DNA from: a plasmid
Length of the DNA stretch: 64,000 nucleotides
Sequence record: OW849071.1
Strand: one strand, 5' to 3'
The position numbers were made by a program, and so were the translations under genes. Positions within the stretch are counted from its first letter, which is position 1. Each line of letters begins with the position of its first letter. A model generated the notes under the pieces. It did no database searches. It was given only the letters and a program-made list of their open reading frames with translations, and was not told the origin of the DNA. This document shows positions 48,597-60,000 of this stretch, piece after piece.

Positions 48597-48666
48597 CTAA
48601 GCCGAAGTCAGGCAGAAACTCCACTTATCCCCGCTGTGCAGATTTCCCGAGCCAGCTCTAAGGCGA

Positions 48667-49209
48667 TCAGGTGCGCTGATCGAGTCTGTCGAGCACCATC
48701 GCTGCAAGTTCATCGCTGGTGTGTGCACCACTATCGAGAACACGGGTTGTGGACGGAAGCCGTTCCCTTGCGGCCAAGCATCGGGCGACATTCGCTAATC
48801 GCCACTCTCGAATCTCCGCATTCCGATTCGGGTCAGGATGCATGGTCTGGTTCGAGATCCGGTGACGCAATAGGTCCTCGTTAAGCATCAGAAAGATGTG
48901 CAGCAGCTGATCGTCGATCTGCCTTAACCCGTCGAGTATCTCAGTCAGATAGTCCGGGTGCACGAGCGTCATTGGGATGATGATGTCCTGCGAGTAATTC
49001 CTGCGAATCTCGCTGACCGCAGCGATCGTAAGTCCCCTCCACAAGGGGAGATCCTGATAGTCTCCGCTCGCTGGTATGGGGACCGTTTCTTTCACCACGA
49101 ACCCGATTTCCTCAGGGTCAAAGATCAGCGATTTCGGACGCCGATCGCGCAGCCGCTCAGCGAGAGTCGTCTTTCCGGCGCCGAAAGGTCCGTTGATCCA
49201 GATTATCAT
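48667..49209 (-). CDS. tmrB: Tunicamycin-resistance-like ATP-binding protein TmrB (180 aa)
   Basis: MIIWINGPFGAGKTTLAERLRDRRPKSLIFDPEEIGFV... has a P-loop. It is the classical partner of aac(3)-II. Confidence 0.88.
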   Translation of the reverse strand: MIIWINGPFGAGKTTLAERLRDRRPKSLIFDPEEIGFVVKETVPIPASGDYQDLPLWRGLTIAAVSEIRRNYSQDIIIPMTLVHPDYLTEILDGLRQIDDQLLHIFLMLNEDLLRHRISNQTMHPDPNRNAEIREWRLANVARCLAARERLPSTTRVLDSGAHTSDELAAMVLDRLDQRT

Positions 49210-49221
49210 TGTCGACGGCCT

Positions 49222-50082
49222 CTAACCGGAAGGCTCGCAAGAGCGCTGGGCGGCTTCGTGTGCTGGCACGATCGGAGTGGCTCCGAAGTGCTTCTCAAGA
49301 TAGGTGACGCCGAACGTCACGATGTCCTGCGCGTCGAACAGGTAGCACTGAGCAAAGCCCACGACACCTTCTCGATGGCGACCGAGCTTCACGTAAGCAT
49401 TTGCTATAGTTTCGACCGCATCCGGCTTTCCTTCGATAGCAAAGCAATCGAGAATGCCGTTTGAATCGTATTCTGATGCCGTTTTCCAGGCGACTTCACC
49501 GTTTCTTCCAAGCATCGGCATCTCATACGTCACCCATCGTTTGTTGGGGATATCCGCAACCGCCTCGGCGTAGTGCAATGCGGTAACGGAGTTTAGCGGC
49601 GCACCCAACAGCAGGGCCTTCCCGCCAAGGCGGACGAACCGCTCGACGGGCGACCCTTCCCCCAAGGCGTGACCGAGTTCGTGAGGCTCCGTCAGCGTTT
49701 CAGCTAGCGGACCAACCGCGACCATCGATGCATCGGGGTGCGCGCTGCGCCGCGCGCCGGGGGCTTGAACCAGAAATTGATTCAGCAGGCCGAACCCACG
49801 GTAAGTCCCGGCCGTTGCGGGATCGAACGGCGGCCAGGTACGGCGGGCTTTGTCATCCAACCGAGCGCCATTCAGAGTCTCCTCGTAGGGTGATCGGTCC
49901 CACGACGCGTATCCCATCACAGTGCCAGTCGGCCCAACCGCGGAGCGTAACGCGGCAACGACCGTCTCCGCTCCTCCTTCGACCGGACCAATCGCTTTAA
50001 GTGAGGCATGCACCATCAACAGGTCACCGGTTTGGACTCCTAATTTTCGAATTGCCTCCGTTATTGCCTTCCGCGTATGCAT
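49222..50082 (-). CDS. aac(3)-IIe: Aminoglycoside 3-N-acetyltransferase AAC(3)-II (IIe/IIa type, 286 aa)
   Basis: MHTRKAITEAIRKLGVQTGDLLMVHASLKAIGPVEGGAETVVAALRSAVGPTG... The ORF-track start at 50130 is upstream read-through. Confidence 0.92.
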   Translation of the reverse strand: MHTRKAITEAIRKLGVQTGDLLMVHASLKAIGPVEGGAETVVAALRSAVGPTGTVMGYASWDRSPYEETLNGARLDDKARRTWPPFDPATAGTYRGFGLLNQFLVQAPGARRSAHPDASMVAVGPLAETLTEPHELGHALGEGSPVERFVRLGGKALLLGAPLNSVTALHYAEAVADIPNKRWVTYEMPMLGRNGEVAWKTASEYDSNGILDCFAIEGKPDAVETIANAYVKLGRHREGVVGFAQCYLFDAQDIVTFGVTYLEKHFGATPIVPAHEAAQRSCEPSG

Positions 50083-50125
50083 CGCGATATCTCCTCTAAA
50101 CTGCAAAACACTATACCTATCGAGA

Positions 50126-50945
50126 GGCACTGTTGCAAATAGTCGGTGGTGATAAACTTATCATCCCCTTTTGCTGATGGAGCTGCACATGAACCCATTC
50201 AAAGGCCGGCATTTTCAGCGTGACATCATTCTGTGGGCCGTACGCTGGTACTGCAAATACGGCATCAGTTACCGTGAGCTGCAGGAGATGCTGGCTGAAC
50301 GCGGAGTGAATGTCGATCACTCCACGATTTACCGCTGGGTTCAGCGTTATGCGCCTGAAATGGAAAAACGGCTGCGCTGGTACTGGCGTAACCCTTCCGA
50401 TCTTTGCCCGTGGCACATGGATGAAACCTACGTGAAGGTCAATGGCCGCTGGGCGTATCTGTACCGGGCCGTCGACAGCCGGGGCCGCACTGTCGATTTT
50501 TATCTCTCCTCCCGTCGTAACAGCAAAGCTGCATACCGGTTTCTGGGTAAAATCCTCAACAACGTGAAGAAGTGGCAGATCCCGCGATTCATCAACACGG
50601 ATAAAGCGCCCGCCTATGGTCGCGCGCTTGCTCTGCTCAAACGCGAAGGCCGGTGCCCGTCTGACGTTGAACACCGACAGATTAAGTACCGGAACAACGT
50701 GATTGAATGCGATCATGGCAAACTGAAACGGATAATCGGCGCCACGCTGGGATTTAAATCCATGAAGACGGCTTACGCCACCATCAAAGGTATTGAGGTG
50801 ATGCGTGCACTACGCAAAGGCCAGGCCTCAGCATTTTATTATGGTGATCCCCTGGGCGAAATGCGCCTGGTAAGCAGAGTTTTTGAAATGTAAGGCCTTT
50901 GAATAAGACAAAAGGCTGCCTCATCGCTAACTTTGCAACAGTGCC
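50126..50945 (+). mobile_element. IS26 copy 4 (tnp26 at 50189-50893)
   Basis: The GGCACTGTTGCAAA ends are present. Confidence 0.95.
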
Positions 50946-50991
50946 TTTAAGCGTGCATAATAAGCCCTACACAAATTGGGAGTTAGACATC

Positions 50992-51591
50992 ATGAGCAAC
51001 GCAAAAACAAAGTTAGGCATCACAAAGTACAGCATCGTGACCAACAGCAACGATTCCGTCACACTGCGCCTCATGACTGAGCATGACCTTGCGATGCTCT
51101 ATGAGTGGCTAAATCGATCTCATATCGTCGAGTGGTGGGGCGGAGAAGAAGCACGCCCGACACTTGCTGACGTACAGGAACAGTACTTGCCAAGCGTTTT
51201 AGCGCAAGAGTCCGTCACTCCATACATTGCAATGCTGAATGGAGAGCCGATTGGGTATGCCCAGTCGTACGTTGCTCTTGGAAGCGGGGACGGACGGTGG
51301 GAAGAAGAAACCGATCCAGGAGTACGCGGAATAGACCAGTTACTGGCGAATGCATCACAACTGGGCAAAGGCTTGGGAACCAAGCTGGTTCGAGCTCTGG
51401 TTGAGTTGCTGTTCAATGATCCCGAGGTCACCAAGATCCAAACGGACCCGTCGCCGAGCAACTTGCGAGCGATCCGATGCTACGAGAAAGCGGGGTTTGA
51501 GAGGCAAGGTACCGTAACCACCCCATATGGTCCAGCCGTGTACATGGTTCAAACACGCCAGGCATTCGAGCGAACACGCAGTGATGCCTAA
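50992..51591 (+). CDS. aac(6')-Ib-cr: Aminoglycoside/fluoroquinolone acetyltransferase AAC(6')-Ib-cr (199 aa)
   Basis: [36 protein letters not shown]... It has Arg at the W102R position (GDGRWEEE) and Tyr at D179Y (TTPYGPAVY). The ORF-track N-terminus [16 protein letters not shown] is IS26 read-through. Confidence 0.92.
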   Translation: MSNAKTKLGITKYSIVTNSNDSVTLRLMTEHDLAMLYEWLNRSHIVEWWGGEEARPTLADVQEQYLPSVLAQESVTPYIAMLNGEPIGYAQSYVALGSGDGRWEEETDPGVRGIDQLLANASQLGKGLGTKLVRALVELLFNDPEVTKIQTDPSPSNLRAIRCYEKAGFERQGTVTTPYGPAVYMVQTRQAFERTRSDA

Positions 51592-51657
51592 CCCTTCCAT
51601 CGAGGGGGACGTCCAAGGGCTGGCGCCCTTGGCCGCCCCTCATGTCAAACGTTGGGC
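51586..51657 (+). other. attC recombination site of the aac(6')-Ib gene cassette
   Basis: There is an imperfect palindrome ...ccatcgagggggacgtccaagggctggcgcccttggccgcccctcatgtcaaacGTTGGGC with a GTTRRRY core. Confidence 0.6.
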
Positions 51658-51721
51658 GAACCCGGAGCCTCATTAATTGTTAGCCGTTAAAATTAAGCCC
51701 TTTACCAAACCAATACTTATT

Positions 51722-52552
51722 ATGAAAAACACAATACATATCAACTTCGCTATTTTTTTAATAATTGCAAATATTATCTACAGCAGCGCCAGTGCATCAA
51801 CAGATATCTCTACTGTTGCATCTCCATTATTTGAAGGAACTGAAGGTTGTTTTTTACTTTACGATGCATCCACAAACGCTGAAATTGCTCAATTCAATAA
51901 AGCAAAGTGTGCAACGCAAATGGCACCAGATTCAACTTTCAAGATCGCATTATCACTTATGGCATTTGATGCGGAAATAATAGATCAGAAAACCATATTC
52001 AAATGGGATAAAACCCCCAAAGGAATGGAGATCTGGAACAGCAATCATACACCAAAGACGTGGATGCAATTTTCTGTTGTTTGGGTTTCGCAAGAAATAA
52101 CCCAAAAAATTGGATTAAATAAAATCAAGAATTATCTCAAAGATTTTGATTATGGAAATCAAGACTTCTCTGGAGATAAAGAAAGAAACAACGGATTAAC
52201 AGAAGCATGGCTCGAAAGTAGCTTAAAAATTTCACCAGAAGAACAAATTCAATTCCTGCGTAAAATTATTAATCACAATCTCCCAGTTAAAAACTCAGCC
52301 ATAGAAAACACCATAGAGAACATGTATCTACAAGATCTGGATAATAGTACAAAACTGTATGGGAAAACTGGTGCAGGATTCACAGCAAATAGAACCTTAC
52401 AAAACGGATGGTTTGAAGGGTTTATTATAAGCAAATCAGGACATAAATATGTTTTTGTGTCCGCACTTACAGGAAACTTGGGGTCGAATTTAACATCAAG
52501 CATAAAAGCCAAGAAAAATGCGATCACCATTCTAAACACACTAAATTTATAA
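51722..52552 (+). CDS. blaOXA-1: Class D beta-lactamase OXA-1 (276 aa)
   Basis: MKNTIHINFAIFLIIANIIYSSASASTDISTVASPLFEGTEGCFLLYDASTNAEIAQFNKAKC... STFK and KTG motifs are present. Confidence 0.93.
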   Translation: MKNTIHINFAIFLIIANIIYSSASASTDISTVASPLFEGTEGCFLLYDASTNAEIAQFNKAKCATQMAPDSTFKIALSLMAFDAEIIDQKTIFKWDKTPKGMEIWNSNHTPKTWMQFSVVWVSQEITQKIGLNKIKNYLKDFDYGNQDFSGDKERNNGLTEAWLESSLKISPEEQIQFLRKIINHNLPVKNSAIENTIENMYLQDLDNSTKLYGKTGAGFTANRTLQNGWFEGFIISKSGHKYVFVSALTGNLGSNLTSSIKAKKNAITILNTLNL

Positions 52553-52556
52553 AAAA

Positions 52557-52663
52557 TCTAATGGCAAAATCGCCCAACCCTTCAATCAAGTCGGGACGGC
52601 CAAAAGCAAGCTTTTGGCTCCCCTCGCTGGCGCTCGGCGCCCCTTATTTCAAACGTTAGACGG
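52557..52663 (+). other. attC site of the blaOXA-1 cassette
   Basis: It is a palindromic element ending ...caaacGTTAGAC ahead of the catB3 cassette. Confidence 0.5.
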
Positions 52664-52689
52664 CAAAGTCACAGACCGCGGGATCTCTT

Positions 52690-53131
52690 ATGACCAACTA
52701 CTTTGATAGCCCCTTCAAAGGCAAGCTGCTTTCTGAGCAAGTGAAGAACCCCAATATCAAAGTTGGGCGGTACAGCTATTACTCTGGCTACTATCATGGG
52801 CACTCATTCGATGACTGCGCACGGTATCTGTTTCCGGACCGTGATGACGTTGATAAGTTGATCATCGGTAGTTTCTGCTCTATCGGGAGTGGGGCTTCCT
52901 TTATCATGGCTGGCAATCAGGGGCATCGGTACGACTGGGCATCATCTTTCCCGTTCTTTTATATGCAGGAAGAACCTGCATTCTCAAGCGCACTCGATGC
53001 CTTCCAAAAAGCAGGTAATACTGTCATTGGCAATGACGTTTGGATCGGCTCTGAGGCAATGGTCATGCCCGGAATCAAGATCGGGCACGGTGCGGTGATA
53101 GGCAGCCGCTCGTTGGTGACAAAAGATGTGG
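52690..53131 (+). pseudogene. catB3: Chloramphenicol acetyltransferase catB3, 3'-truncated by IS26 (the catB4 remnant)
   Basis: [50 protein letters not shown]... is a hexapeptide-repeat CAT. About 147 of 210 codons remain before the IS26 end. Confidence 0.88.
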
Positions 53132-53951
53132 GGCACTGTTGCAAAGTTAGCGATGAGGCAGCCTTTTGTCTTATTCAAAGGCCTTACATTTCAAAAACTC
53201 TGCTTACCAGGCGCATTTCGCCCAGGGGATCACCATAATAAAATGCTGAGGCCTGGCCTTTGCGTAGTGCACGCATCACCTCAATACCTTTGATGGTGGC
53301 GTAAGCCGTCTTCATGGATTTAAATCCCAGCGTGGCGCCGATTATCCGTTTCAGTTTGCCATGATCGCATTCAATCACGTTGTTCCGGTACTTAATCTGT
53401 CGGTGTTCAACGTCAGACGGGCACCGGCCTTCGCGTTTGAGCAGAGCAAGCGCGCGACCATAGGCGGGCGCTTTATCCGTGTTGATGAATCGCGGGATCT
53501 GCCACTTCTTCACGTTGTTGAGGATTTTACCCAGAAACCGGTATGCAGCTTTGCTGTTACGACGGGAGGAGAGATAAAAATCGACAGTGCGGCCCCGGCT
53601 GTCGACGGCCCGGTACAGATACGCCCAGCGGCCATTGACCTTCACGTAGGTTTCATCCATGTGCCACGGGCAAAGATCGGAAGGGTTACGCCAGTACCAG
53701 CGCAGCCGTTTTTCCATTTCAGGCGCATAACGCTGAACCCAGCGGTAAATCGTGGAGTGATCGACATTCACTCCGCGTTCAGCCAGCATCTCCTGCAGCT
53801 CACGGTAACTGATGCCGTATTTGCAGTACCAGCGTACGGCCCACAGAATGATGTCACGCTGAAAATGCCGGCCTTTGAATGGGTTCATGTGCAGCTCCAT
53901 CAGCAAAAGGGGATGATAAGTTTATCACCACCGACTATTTGCAACAGTGCC
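53132..53951 (-). mobile_element. IS26 copy 5 (tnp26 at 53184-53888, minus strand)
   Basis: GGCACTGTTGCAAA ends, inverted relative to copies 1-4. Confidence 0.95.
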
Positions 53952-54456
53952 ACTTCGACGACTACCTGCTGCCGGCCGAGAAGTTCGCCGCACTCAAGCG
54001 CGAGCAGGCCCTGCCCCTGGCGATCAACCCGAACAGCGACCAGTACCTGGAAGAGCGTTTGCAGCTGCTGGACGAGCAGTTGGCCACCGTCACCCGCCTG
54101 GCCAAGGACAACGAGCTGCCCGATGCCATCCTCACCGAGTCAGGGCTGAAAATCACCCCGCTGGATGCGGCGGTGCCGGATCGGGCGCAGGCGCTGATCG
54201 ACCAAACCAGCCAGTTACTGCCGCGCATCAAGATCACCGAACTGCTGATGGACGTGGACGACTGGACGGGCTTCAGCCGCCACTTCACCCACTTGAAGGA
54301 CGGGGCCGAGGCCAAAGACAGGACGTTGCTGCTGTCCGCAATCCTCGGTGATGCGATCAACCTCGGGCTGACCAAGATGGCCGAGTCGAGCCCCGGCCTG
54401 ACCTACGCCAAGCTGTCCTGGCTGCAAGCCTGGCACATCCGCGACGAAACCTATTC
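53952..54456 (+). pseudogene. tnpA: Internal fragment (about 168 codons) of a Tn21-subfamily (Tn1721/TnAs-like) tnpA, cut by IS26 and by Tn5403
   Basis: ...[69 protein letters not shown]... is homologous (about 80 percent) but not identical to the fragment at 33037. Confidence 0.75.
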
Positions 54457-54489
54457 GGGGTCGGTTCCGGCTGAGGGCGAAATGACACC

Positions 54490-55095
54490 CTAAGCGTTAG
54501 CTCTGTGTCGTTGCACGATGTCAGCGACGGTATTCTTGCTGATACCGAGCTCGCGTGCGATCCAGCGATAGCTGCGTCCCTCGGCCCTCATCGCAACCAC
54601 CTTAGGCAAAAGTCGGTCTGATTTTGGTCGCACTCCGGCCTGACGACCAAGCCTCTTACCACGTGCCTTCGCAACAGCAAGGCCTGACTTGACCCGCTCG
54701 CTGATGAGATCCCGCTCAAACTCCGCAATGCCGGAAAGAAACGTCGCCAGCATTCGTCCATACGGCGACGAAAGATCGAACGCCATTCCATTCATGGCTA
54801 TCACGGAAACCTTCCAGTTCTCCAGTTCACGTAGCGTATTGAGCAGATCGAGCGTCGAGCGCCCCCACCGGGAAAGCTCAGTGACCAGGATTGCATCAAT
54901 TTGTCTGGACTGGGCAAGCGCCAGGACTTTCTTTCGCTCGGCCCGGTCGAGTTTAGTTCCTGAACCTGTTTCCTTAAATATTCCCACCACGTCGTAGCCG
55001 GCACAGCCGGCGAAGGCTCGCAGATCAAATTCCTGGCGTTCACAAGACTGATCCGCTGTTGAAACCCGGCAGTAAATGGCGGCACGATGTCCCAA
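54490..55095 (-). CDS. tnpR: Tn5403 serine resolvase TnpR (201 aa)
   Basis: [28 protein letters not shown]... is a serine recombinase with a C-terminal HTH. Confidence 0.85.
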   Translation of the reverse strand: MGHRAAIYCRVSTADQSCERQEFDLRAFAGCAGYDVVGIFKETGSGTKLDRAERKKVLALAQSRQIDAILVTELSRWGRSTLDLLNTLRELENWKVSVIAMNGMAFDLSSPYGRMLATFLSGIAEFERDLISERVKSGLAVAKARGKRLGRQAGVRPKSDRLLPKVVAMRAEGRSYRWIARELGISKNTVADIVQRHRANA

Positions 55096-55189
55096 TTGAA
55101 CCCTCCTGGATTTTTGTATCGGAACGCCCTGATTTATATGGGCTGGCTGTTGTCCAAAACAGACTATACTTCAAAAGGGACGAATTTGT

Positions 55190-58087
55190 ATGTCACGACG
55201 CCATATTTTCACCGAACGGCAGCGAGCAGCGCTGTTCGATCTGCCCACGGACGAACTGTCGCTACTGAAGTTCTACACGCTGGGCGATGATGACCTGGAA
55301 AACATTAGGCAGCGCCGCAGACCGGAAAACAGGATTGGCTTTGCCCTGCAACTTTGTGCCTTACGATATCCGGGCCGTGCACTGGCTCCTGGTGAGATGA
55401 TCCCGCGTGAAGTCCTTTCCTTCGTCGGTGCTCAGCTTGGAGTTCCGGCTGATGCGCTTCTCACTTATGCCACACGGCGCCAAACCCGTCAGCAGCACAT
55501 GGACACGCTGCGCGAAATTTACGGCTACAAGACCTTCACGGGCCGTGGTGCCCGTGATCTGCGGGAGTGGACTTTCGGCCAGGCCGAAGATGCCAGATCA
55601 AACGAGGATCTTGCTCATCGTTTTATTGTGCGGTGTCGGGAAACTTCCACCATTCTGCCCGCAGTATCGACAATCGAGCGCTTGTGCGCGGATGCTCTGG
55701 TCGCCGCTGAGCGGCGGATTGAAACGCGGATTGCGGAAAATTTAACAGCGGATGTTCGCGATCACCTGGACAAACTTCTGAGTGAAATGCTCGCCGGCAA
55801 TATCAGTCGTTTCATCTGGCTTCGCAACTTCGAGGTTGGTAACAACTCGGCTGCTGCTAACCGTTTGCTCGACAGGCTCGAATTTCTGCGTACCCTGAAT
55901 ATCAATCATAGTGCTTTGGCCAGCATACCTGCCCATCGCATTGCCCGGCTGCGTCGGCAGGGTGAACGCTACTTCACCGACGGTTTGCGTGACATCACTT
56001 CGGACCGCCGCTGGGCGATCCTTGCCGTCTGTGTTGTGGAGTGGGAAGCGGCGATTGCTGATGCCATAGTCGAAACCCATGACAGGATCGTAGGAAAAAC
56101 CTGGCGGGAAGCGAAGCGCCAGCATGACGAAACAATTTCCGGCTCTAAAGCCACACTCACGGATACGATCCGTACCTTCACCGCGCTGGGAGCTTCGTTG
56201 CTTGAGGCCCGCAGTGACGGAACCCCGCTGGAGATGGCTGTCGCCAGTTCGGTTGCATGGGACCGGCTCGCTCAACTGGTAGCGACAGGGACTCAACTCA
56301 GCAACACGCTAGCCGATGAGCCTCTTGCATATGTCGGGCAGGGATACCATCGCTTTCGTCGTTATGCGCCCCGCATGTTGCGCTGTCTGAAGCTCGAAGC
56401 CGCGCCGGTCGCCGGACCATTGGTAGCAGCAGCTTTGTCGATCGGAGAGATGAAAGGTGTTGCATCGCCAGAAAGGCGTTTCCTGCGGCCCAGCTCCAAA
56501 TGGAACCGTCATTTACGAGCTCAGGAAAAAGGAGATACCCGTCTTTGGGAAGTGGCGGTACTCTTTCACCTCCGGGATGCTTTTCGTTCCGGAGATGTCT
56601 GGCTCGCTCATTCGCGCCGCTATGGTGACCTCAAGCAGGTACTGGTGCCGATGATCGCGGCGCAGGAAAATGCAAAACTGGCCGTGCCTTCCAACCCACA
56701 GGATTGGCTGGCAGACAGAAAGGCGCGACTCACGATCGCTCTTAAGCGGCTGGCCCGGGCTGCCCGTAACGGCACTATTCCGCACGGTAGCATAGAAGAT
56801 GGAACGTTGCGGATCGACAGGTTGACAGCAGACGTGCCGGATGGTGCCGAGGCACTCATACTGGATCTGTATCGCCGAATGCCGTCCGTTCGGATTACCG
56901 ACATGCTGCTTGAAGTTGATGCAGCCCTTGGTTTCACAGATGCGTTTACCCATCTGAGAACCGGGGCTCCATGTCGCGACCGGATCGGTCTGCTCAACGT
57001 CCTGCTCGCTGAAGGGCTCAATCTGGGCCTGCGTAAGATGGCGGAAGCTACAAACACGCATGATTACTGGCAGCTCTCACGCCTTGCCCGCTGGCATGTT
57101 GAAAGCGAAGCCATGAACCAGGCATTGGCAATTGTGGTGGCCGCGCAGGGTAAACTGCCGATGTCACGCGTCTGGGGGATGGGCACGTCAGCATCGAGCG
57201 ATGGTCAGTTTTTCCCGACAGCGCGGCATGGCGAAGCCATGAACATGGTCAATGCCAAATATGGTTCTGTTCCCGGCCTCAAAGCGTATACTCACGTAAG
57301 CGACCAGTTCGCGCCATTCGCTTGTCAGTCGATCCCGGCGACCGTGAGCGAGGCACCGTATATTCTCGATGGACTACTGATGAACGAGGTCGGTCGCCAT
57401 GTTCGCGAACAGTATGCCGATACAGCAGGATTCACCGACCATTTGTTCGGAGCCAGTAGCCTGCTCGGCTACAATCTCGTTCTGCGAATCAGGGATCTGC
57501 CATCGAAGCGGTTGTACGTATTTAATCCCGATACGACCCCCAGGGAGTTACGCAAGTTGGTAGGTGGAAAAGCCCGGGAGGATCTTATCGTTGCGAACTG
57601 GCCTGATATTTTCCGTTGTGCCGCGACGATGACCGCTGGCAAAATCAGGCCCAGCCAACTCCTGCGCAAGCTCGCTTCTTACCCACGACAAAACAACCTT
57701 GCAGTTGCGCTTCGTGAAGTTGGTCGTATTGAACGGACCCTTTTCATTATTGAGTGGATCCTGGATACGGACATGCAGCGGCGTGCTCAGATCGGTCTTA
57801 ACAAGGGAGAGGCCCACCATGCGCTCAAAAATGCGCTCCGTATCGGGAGGCAGGGGGAAATTCGCGATCGCACGACAGAGGGGCAGCACTACCGAATCGC
57901 TGGGCTCAATTTATTGACTGCGGTGATCATTTACTGGAATACCGTCCATCTTGGTCATGCCGTCACGGAGCGGCGGAACGAAGGGTTGGATGTTCCCCCT
58001 GAATTTCTTCCCCACATATCCCCATTGGGCTGGGCGCACATTCTACTGACTGGCGAATATCTTTGGCCCAAGGAACCGAAAGCTTAG
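55190..58087 (+). CDS. tnpA: Tn5403 transposase TnpA (965 aa)
   Basis: MSRRHIFTERQRAALFDLPTDELSLLKFYTLGDDDLENIRQRRRPENRIGFALQLCALRYPGRA... is a full-length Tn3-family TnpA. The stop lies inside the IR. Confidence 0.9.
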   Translation: MSRRHIFTERQRAALFDLPTDELSLLKFYTLGDDDLENIRQRRRPENRIGFALQLCALRYPGRALAPGEMIPREVLSFVGAQLGVPADALLTYATRRQTRQQHMDTLREIYGYKTFTGRGARDLREWTFGQAEDARSNEDLAHRFIVRCRETSTILPAVSTIERLCADALVAAERRIETRIAENLTADVRDHLDKLLSEMLAGNISRFIWLRNFEVGNNSAAANRLLDRLEFLRTLNINHSALASIPAHRIARLRRQGERYFTDGLRDITSDRRWAILAVCVVEWEAAIADAIVETHDRIVGKTWREAKRQHDETISGSKATLTDTIRTFTALGASLLEARSDGTPLEMAVASSVAWDRLAQLVATGTQLSNTLADEPLAYVGQGYHRFRRYAPRMLRCLKLEAAPVAGPLVAAALSIGEMKGVASPERRFLRPSSKWNRHLRAQEKGDTRLWEVAVLFHLRDAFRSGDVWLAHSRRYGDLKQVLVPMIAAQENAKLAVPSNPQDWLADRKARLTIALKRLARAARNGTIPHGSIEDGTLRIDRLTADVPDGAEALILDLYRRMPSVRITDMLLEVDAALGFTDAFTHLRTGAPCRDRIGLLNVLLAEGLNLGLRKMAEATNTHDYWQLSRLARWHVESEAMNQALAIVVAAQGKLPMSRVWGMGTSASSDGQFFPTARHGEAMNMVNAKYGSVPGLKAYTHVSDQFAPFACQSIPATVSEAPYILDGLLMNEVGRHVREQYADTAGFTDHLFGASSLLGYNLVLRIRDLPSKRLYVFNPDTTPRELRKLVGGKAREDLIVANWPDIFRCAATMTAGKIRPSQLLRKLASYPRQNNLAVALREVGRIERTLFIIEWILDTDMQRRAQIGLNKGEAHHALKNALRIGRQGEIRDRTTEGQHYRIAGLNLLTAVIIYWNTVHLGHAVTERRNEGLDVPPEFLPHISPLGWAHILLTGEYLWPKEPKA

Positions 58088-58120
58088 GGTGTCATTTCGC
58101 CCTCAGCCGGAACCGACCCC

Positions 58121-59924
58121 ATGTCTGCGCTTCGAAGGCTGCGACGGCACCCAGCACTTAGCGGCCGCCTTGGCGAAAACACAAAACGAACTCAACGGCC
58201 AGGACGCTCAGTTGCAAACTGCCGACACCAGACTCCTTTCCAAAAAATCACGTGAATTCCTGCTGGATGGTGAAGGGAATATCCTGATCGATCGTTATGA
58301 GTGGTTCCTCTATCAACAGATTCCTGATCGCCTGAATGGCCAGCTGACGCTGCCTGATATCACTAAATACCGGGCACTCGACGCCGACCTGATCGACGGG
58401 GAACATTGGCGAAAAAACAAATATACGCTGCTTCAACAGAGCCATTTTACAAAATTAGCGGAGGAGCCTGAAAAGCTGATCAAACAGATGGCCATGGAAT
58501 TGGATACCCGTTTGTACGAAGTCGGCGAATATCTTGAACAGGAAGACAACCGGAATATCATCTTGCGTAATCCGCAGGGTAAACGCTTCTGGCGCCTGCC
58601 TTCGGCCAGCAAACATCATCTGGTCAACAATCCCTTCTTCCAGCAAATTCCCACAACGGGGATTGCGGATGTACTGCGCATGGTTGATCGTGACACCGGT
58701 TTCATTGACTGCTTCGCTCATGTGCTGGGTTCCCAATCCAGAAGCCGTTCCCATGAATATGACCTGTTGGCAATTCTGGTCGGCAATGCAACCAATCAAG
58801 GCATTTACGGCATGGCACAGATCTCTGATCGTACCTATGATCAGCTCAGCACTATCCAGGCGAACTATCTTCGCCTGGAAACATTGAATGCTGCTAACGA
58901 CAACATCAATAACGCGACAGCCAAGCTACCCATCTTCCGGTACTACAACATCCAGGAAGATGTGATCCACGCCAGTGCCGATGGTCAAAAGTTCGAAGCC
59001 CGGCGCGAGACCTTCAAAACCCGTTATTCGTCGAAGTACTTTGGCACTCAAAAAGGTGTTTCTGCCATGACCTTGATCGCCAATCACGCTGCGATCAACG
59101 CCAGAGTGATCGGCGCCAACGAACATGAATCGCACTACATCTTTGATTTGTTGATGAGCAATACGTCAGACATCATTCCGGATGTGCTCTCAACCGATAC
59201 CCATGGGGTGAACCATGTGAACTTCGCGTTACTGGATCTGTTCGGATACCAGTTTGCCCCACGCTATGCCCAGGTTGGCAAAGTGATCAATGACATGTTT
59301 GATGTCAAGGAAGACAAAGAACACCGAATTCAGCTGTGCTTAAAAAAGCCAATCAATACCCATCGTATTGCGCAGCACTGGGATACCATCCAACGGATTG
59401 CAGTATCACTTAAGCAGCGGAAAACAACGCAAGCCACCTTGGTGAGAAAGCTCTCGGAGTACAAGCGCAATCACCCGCTGCTGGAAGCCCTGACGGAATA
59501 CAATCGCCTGGTGAAAGCGAATTATCTACTGTGCTACATCGATGATGCCAGTTTAAGAAACTATGTTCAGCGCGCGCTGAACCGGGGAGAGGCCTATCAC
59601 CAACTGCGTCGGGCCGTGAGCAGCGTCAATGGGGATCAGTTCCGGGGCAGTTCAGACGAAGAAATCCAGCTATGGAATGAGTGCGCTCGCCTGGTCACCA
59701 ATGCCATCGTTTACTTCAACTCCAGGATACTCAGCCAGCTGTTGACCAGCTTCGAATACCAAGGAGATACCAAGAGAATAGATATCGTCAAACAGGCATC
59801 CCCTGTGGCCTGGCACAACATTAACCTCAAGGGGACTTACCACTTCGAATTGAGCGAAAAATTGCCAGATCTGGAGGAGCTTATGCGCTCAATCGAGGGA
59901 TATTTACCCGTCAGCGAAAAGTAA
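58121..59924 (+). pseudogene. tnpA: C-terminal about 570 codons of a distinct Tn3-family transposase (orf1005-like of the qnrB1 context), 5'-truncated at the Tn5403 IR; its own 38-bp IR at 59963-60000
   Basis: ...RLETLNAANDNINNATAKLP...DDE-transposase C-terminal region. The downstream hairpin is cctctggaggccacggacggcgcggcctccagag. The IR reverse complement is GGGGTTCTAGGGATTTTCCGTCCAAAAACGACAAAGTG. Confidence 0.7.
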
Positions 59925-60000
59925 TACCCCTCTGGAGGCCACGGACGGCGCGGCCTCCAGAGCACTTTGTCGTTTTTGGACGGAAAATCCCTAGAACCCC

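Larger units (their letters stand above)
54457..58120 (+). mobile_element. Tn5403-like cryptic Tn3-family transposon (3664 bp; perfect 38-bp IRs at 54457-54494 and 58083-58120)
   Basis: The IR is GGGGTCGGTTCCGGCTGAGGGCGAAATGACACCCTAAG at both ends, inverted. It contains only a resolvase and a tnpA. Size matches the 3.66-kb Tn5403. There is no 5-bp flanking duplication (TATTC versus ATGTC). Confidence 0.85.
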
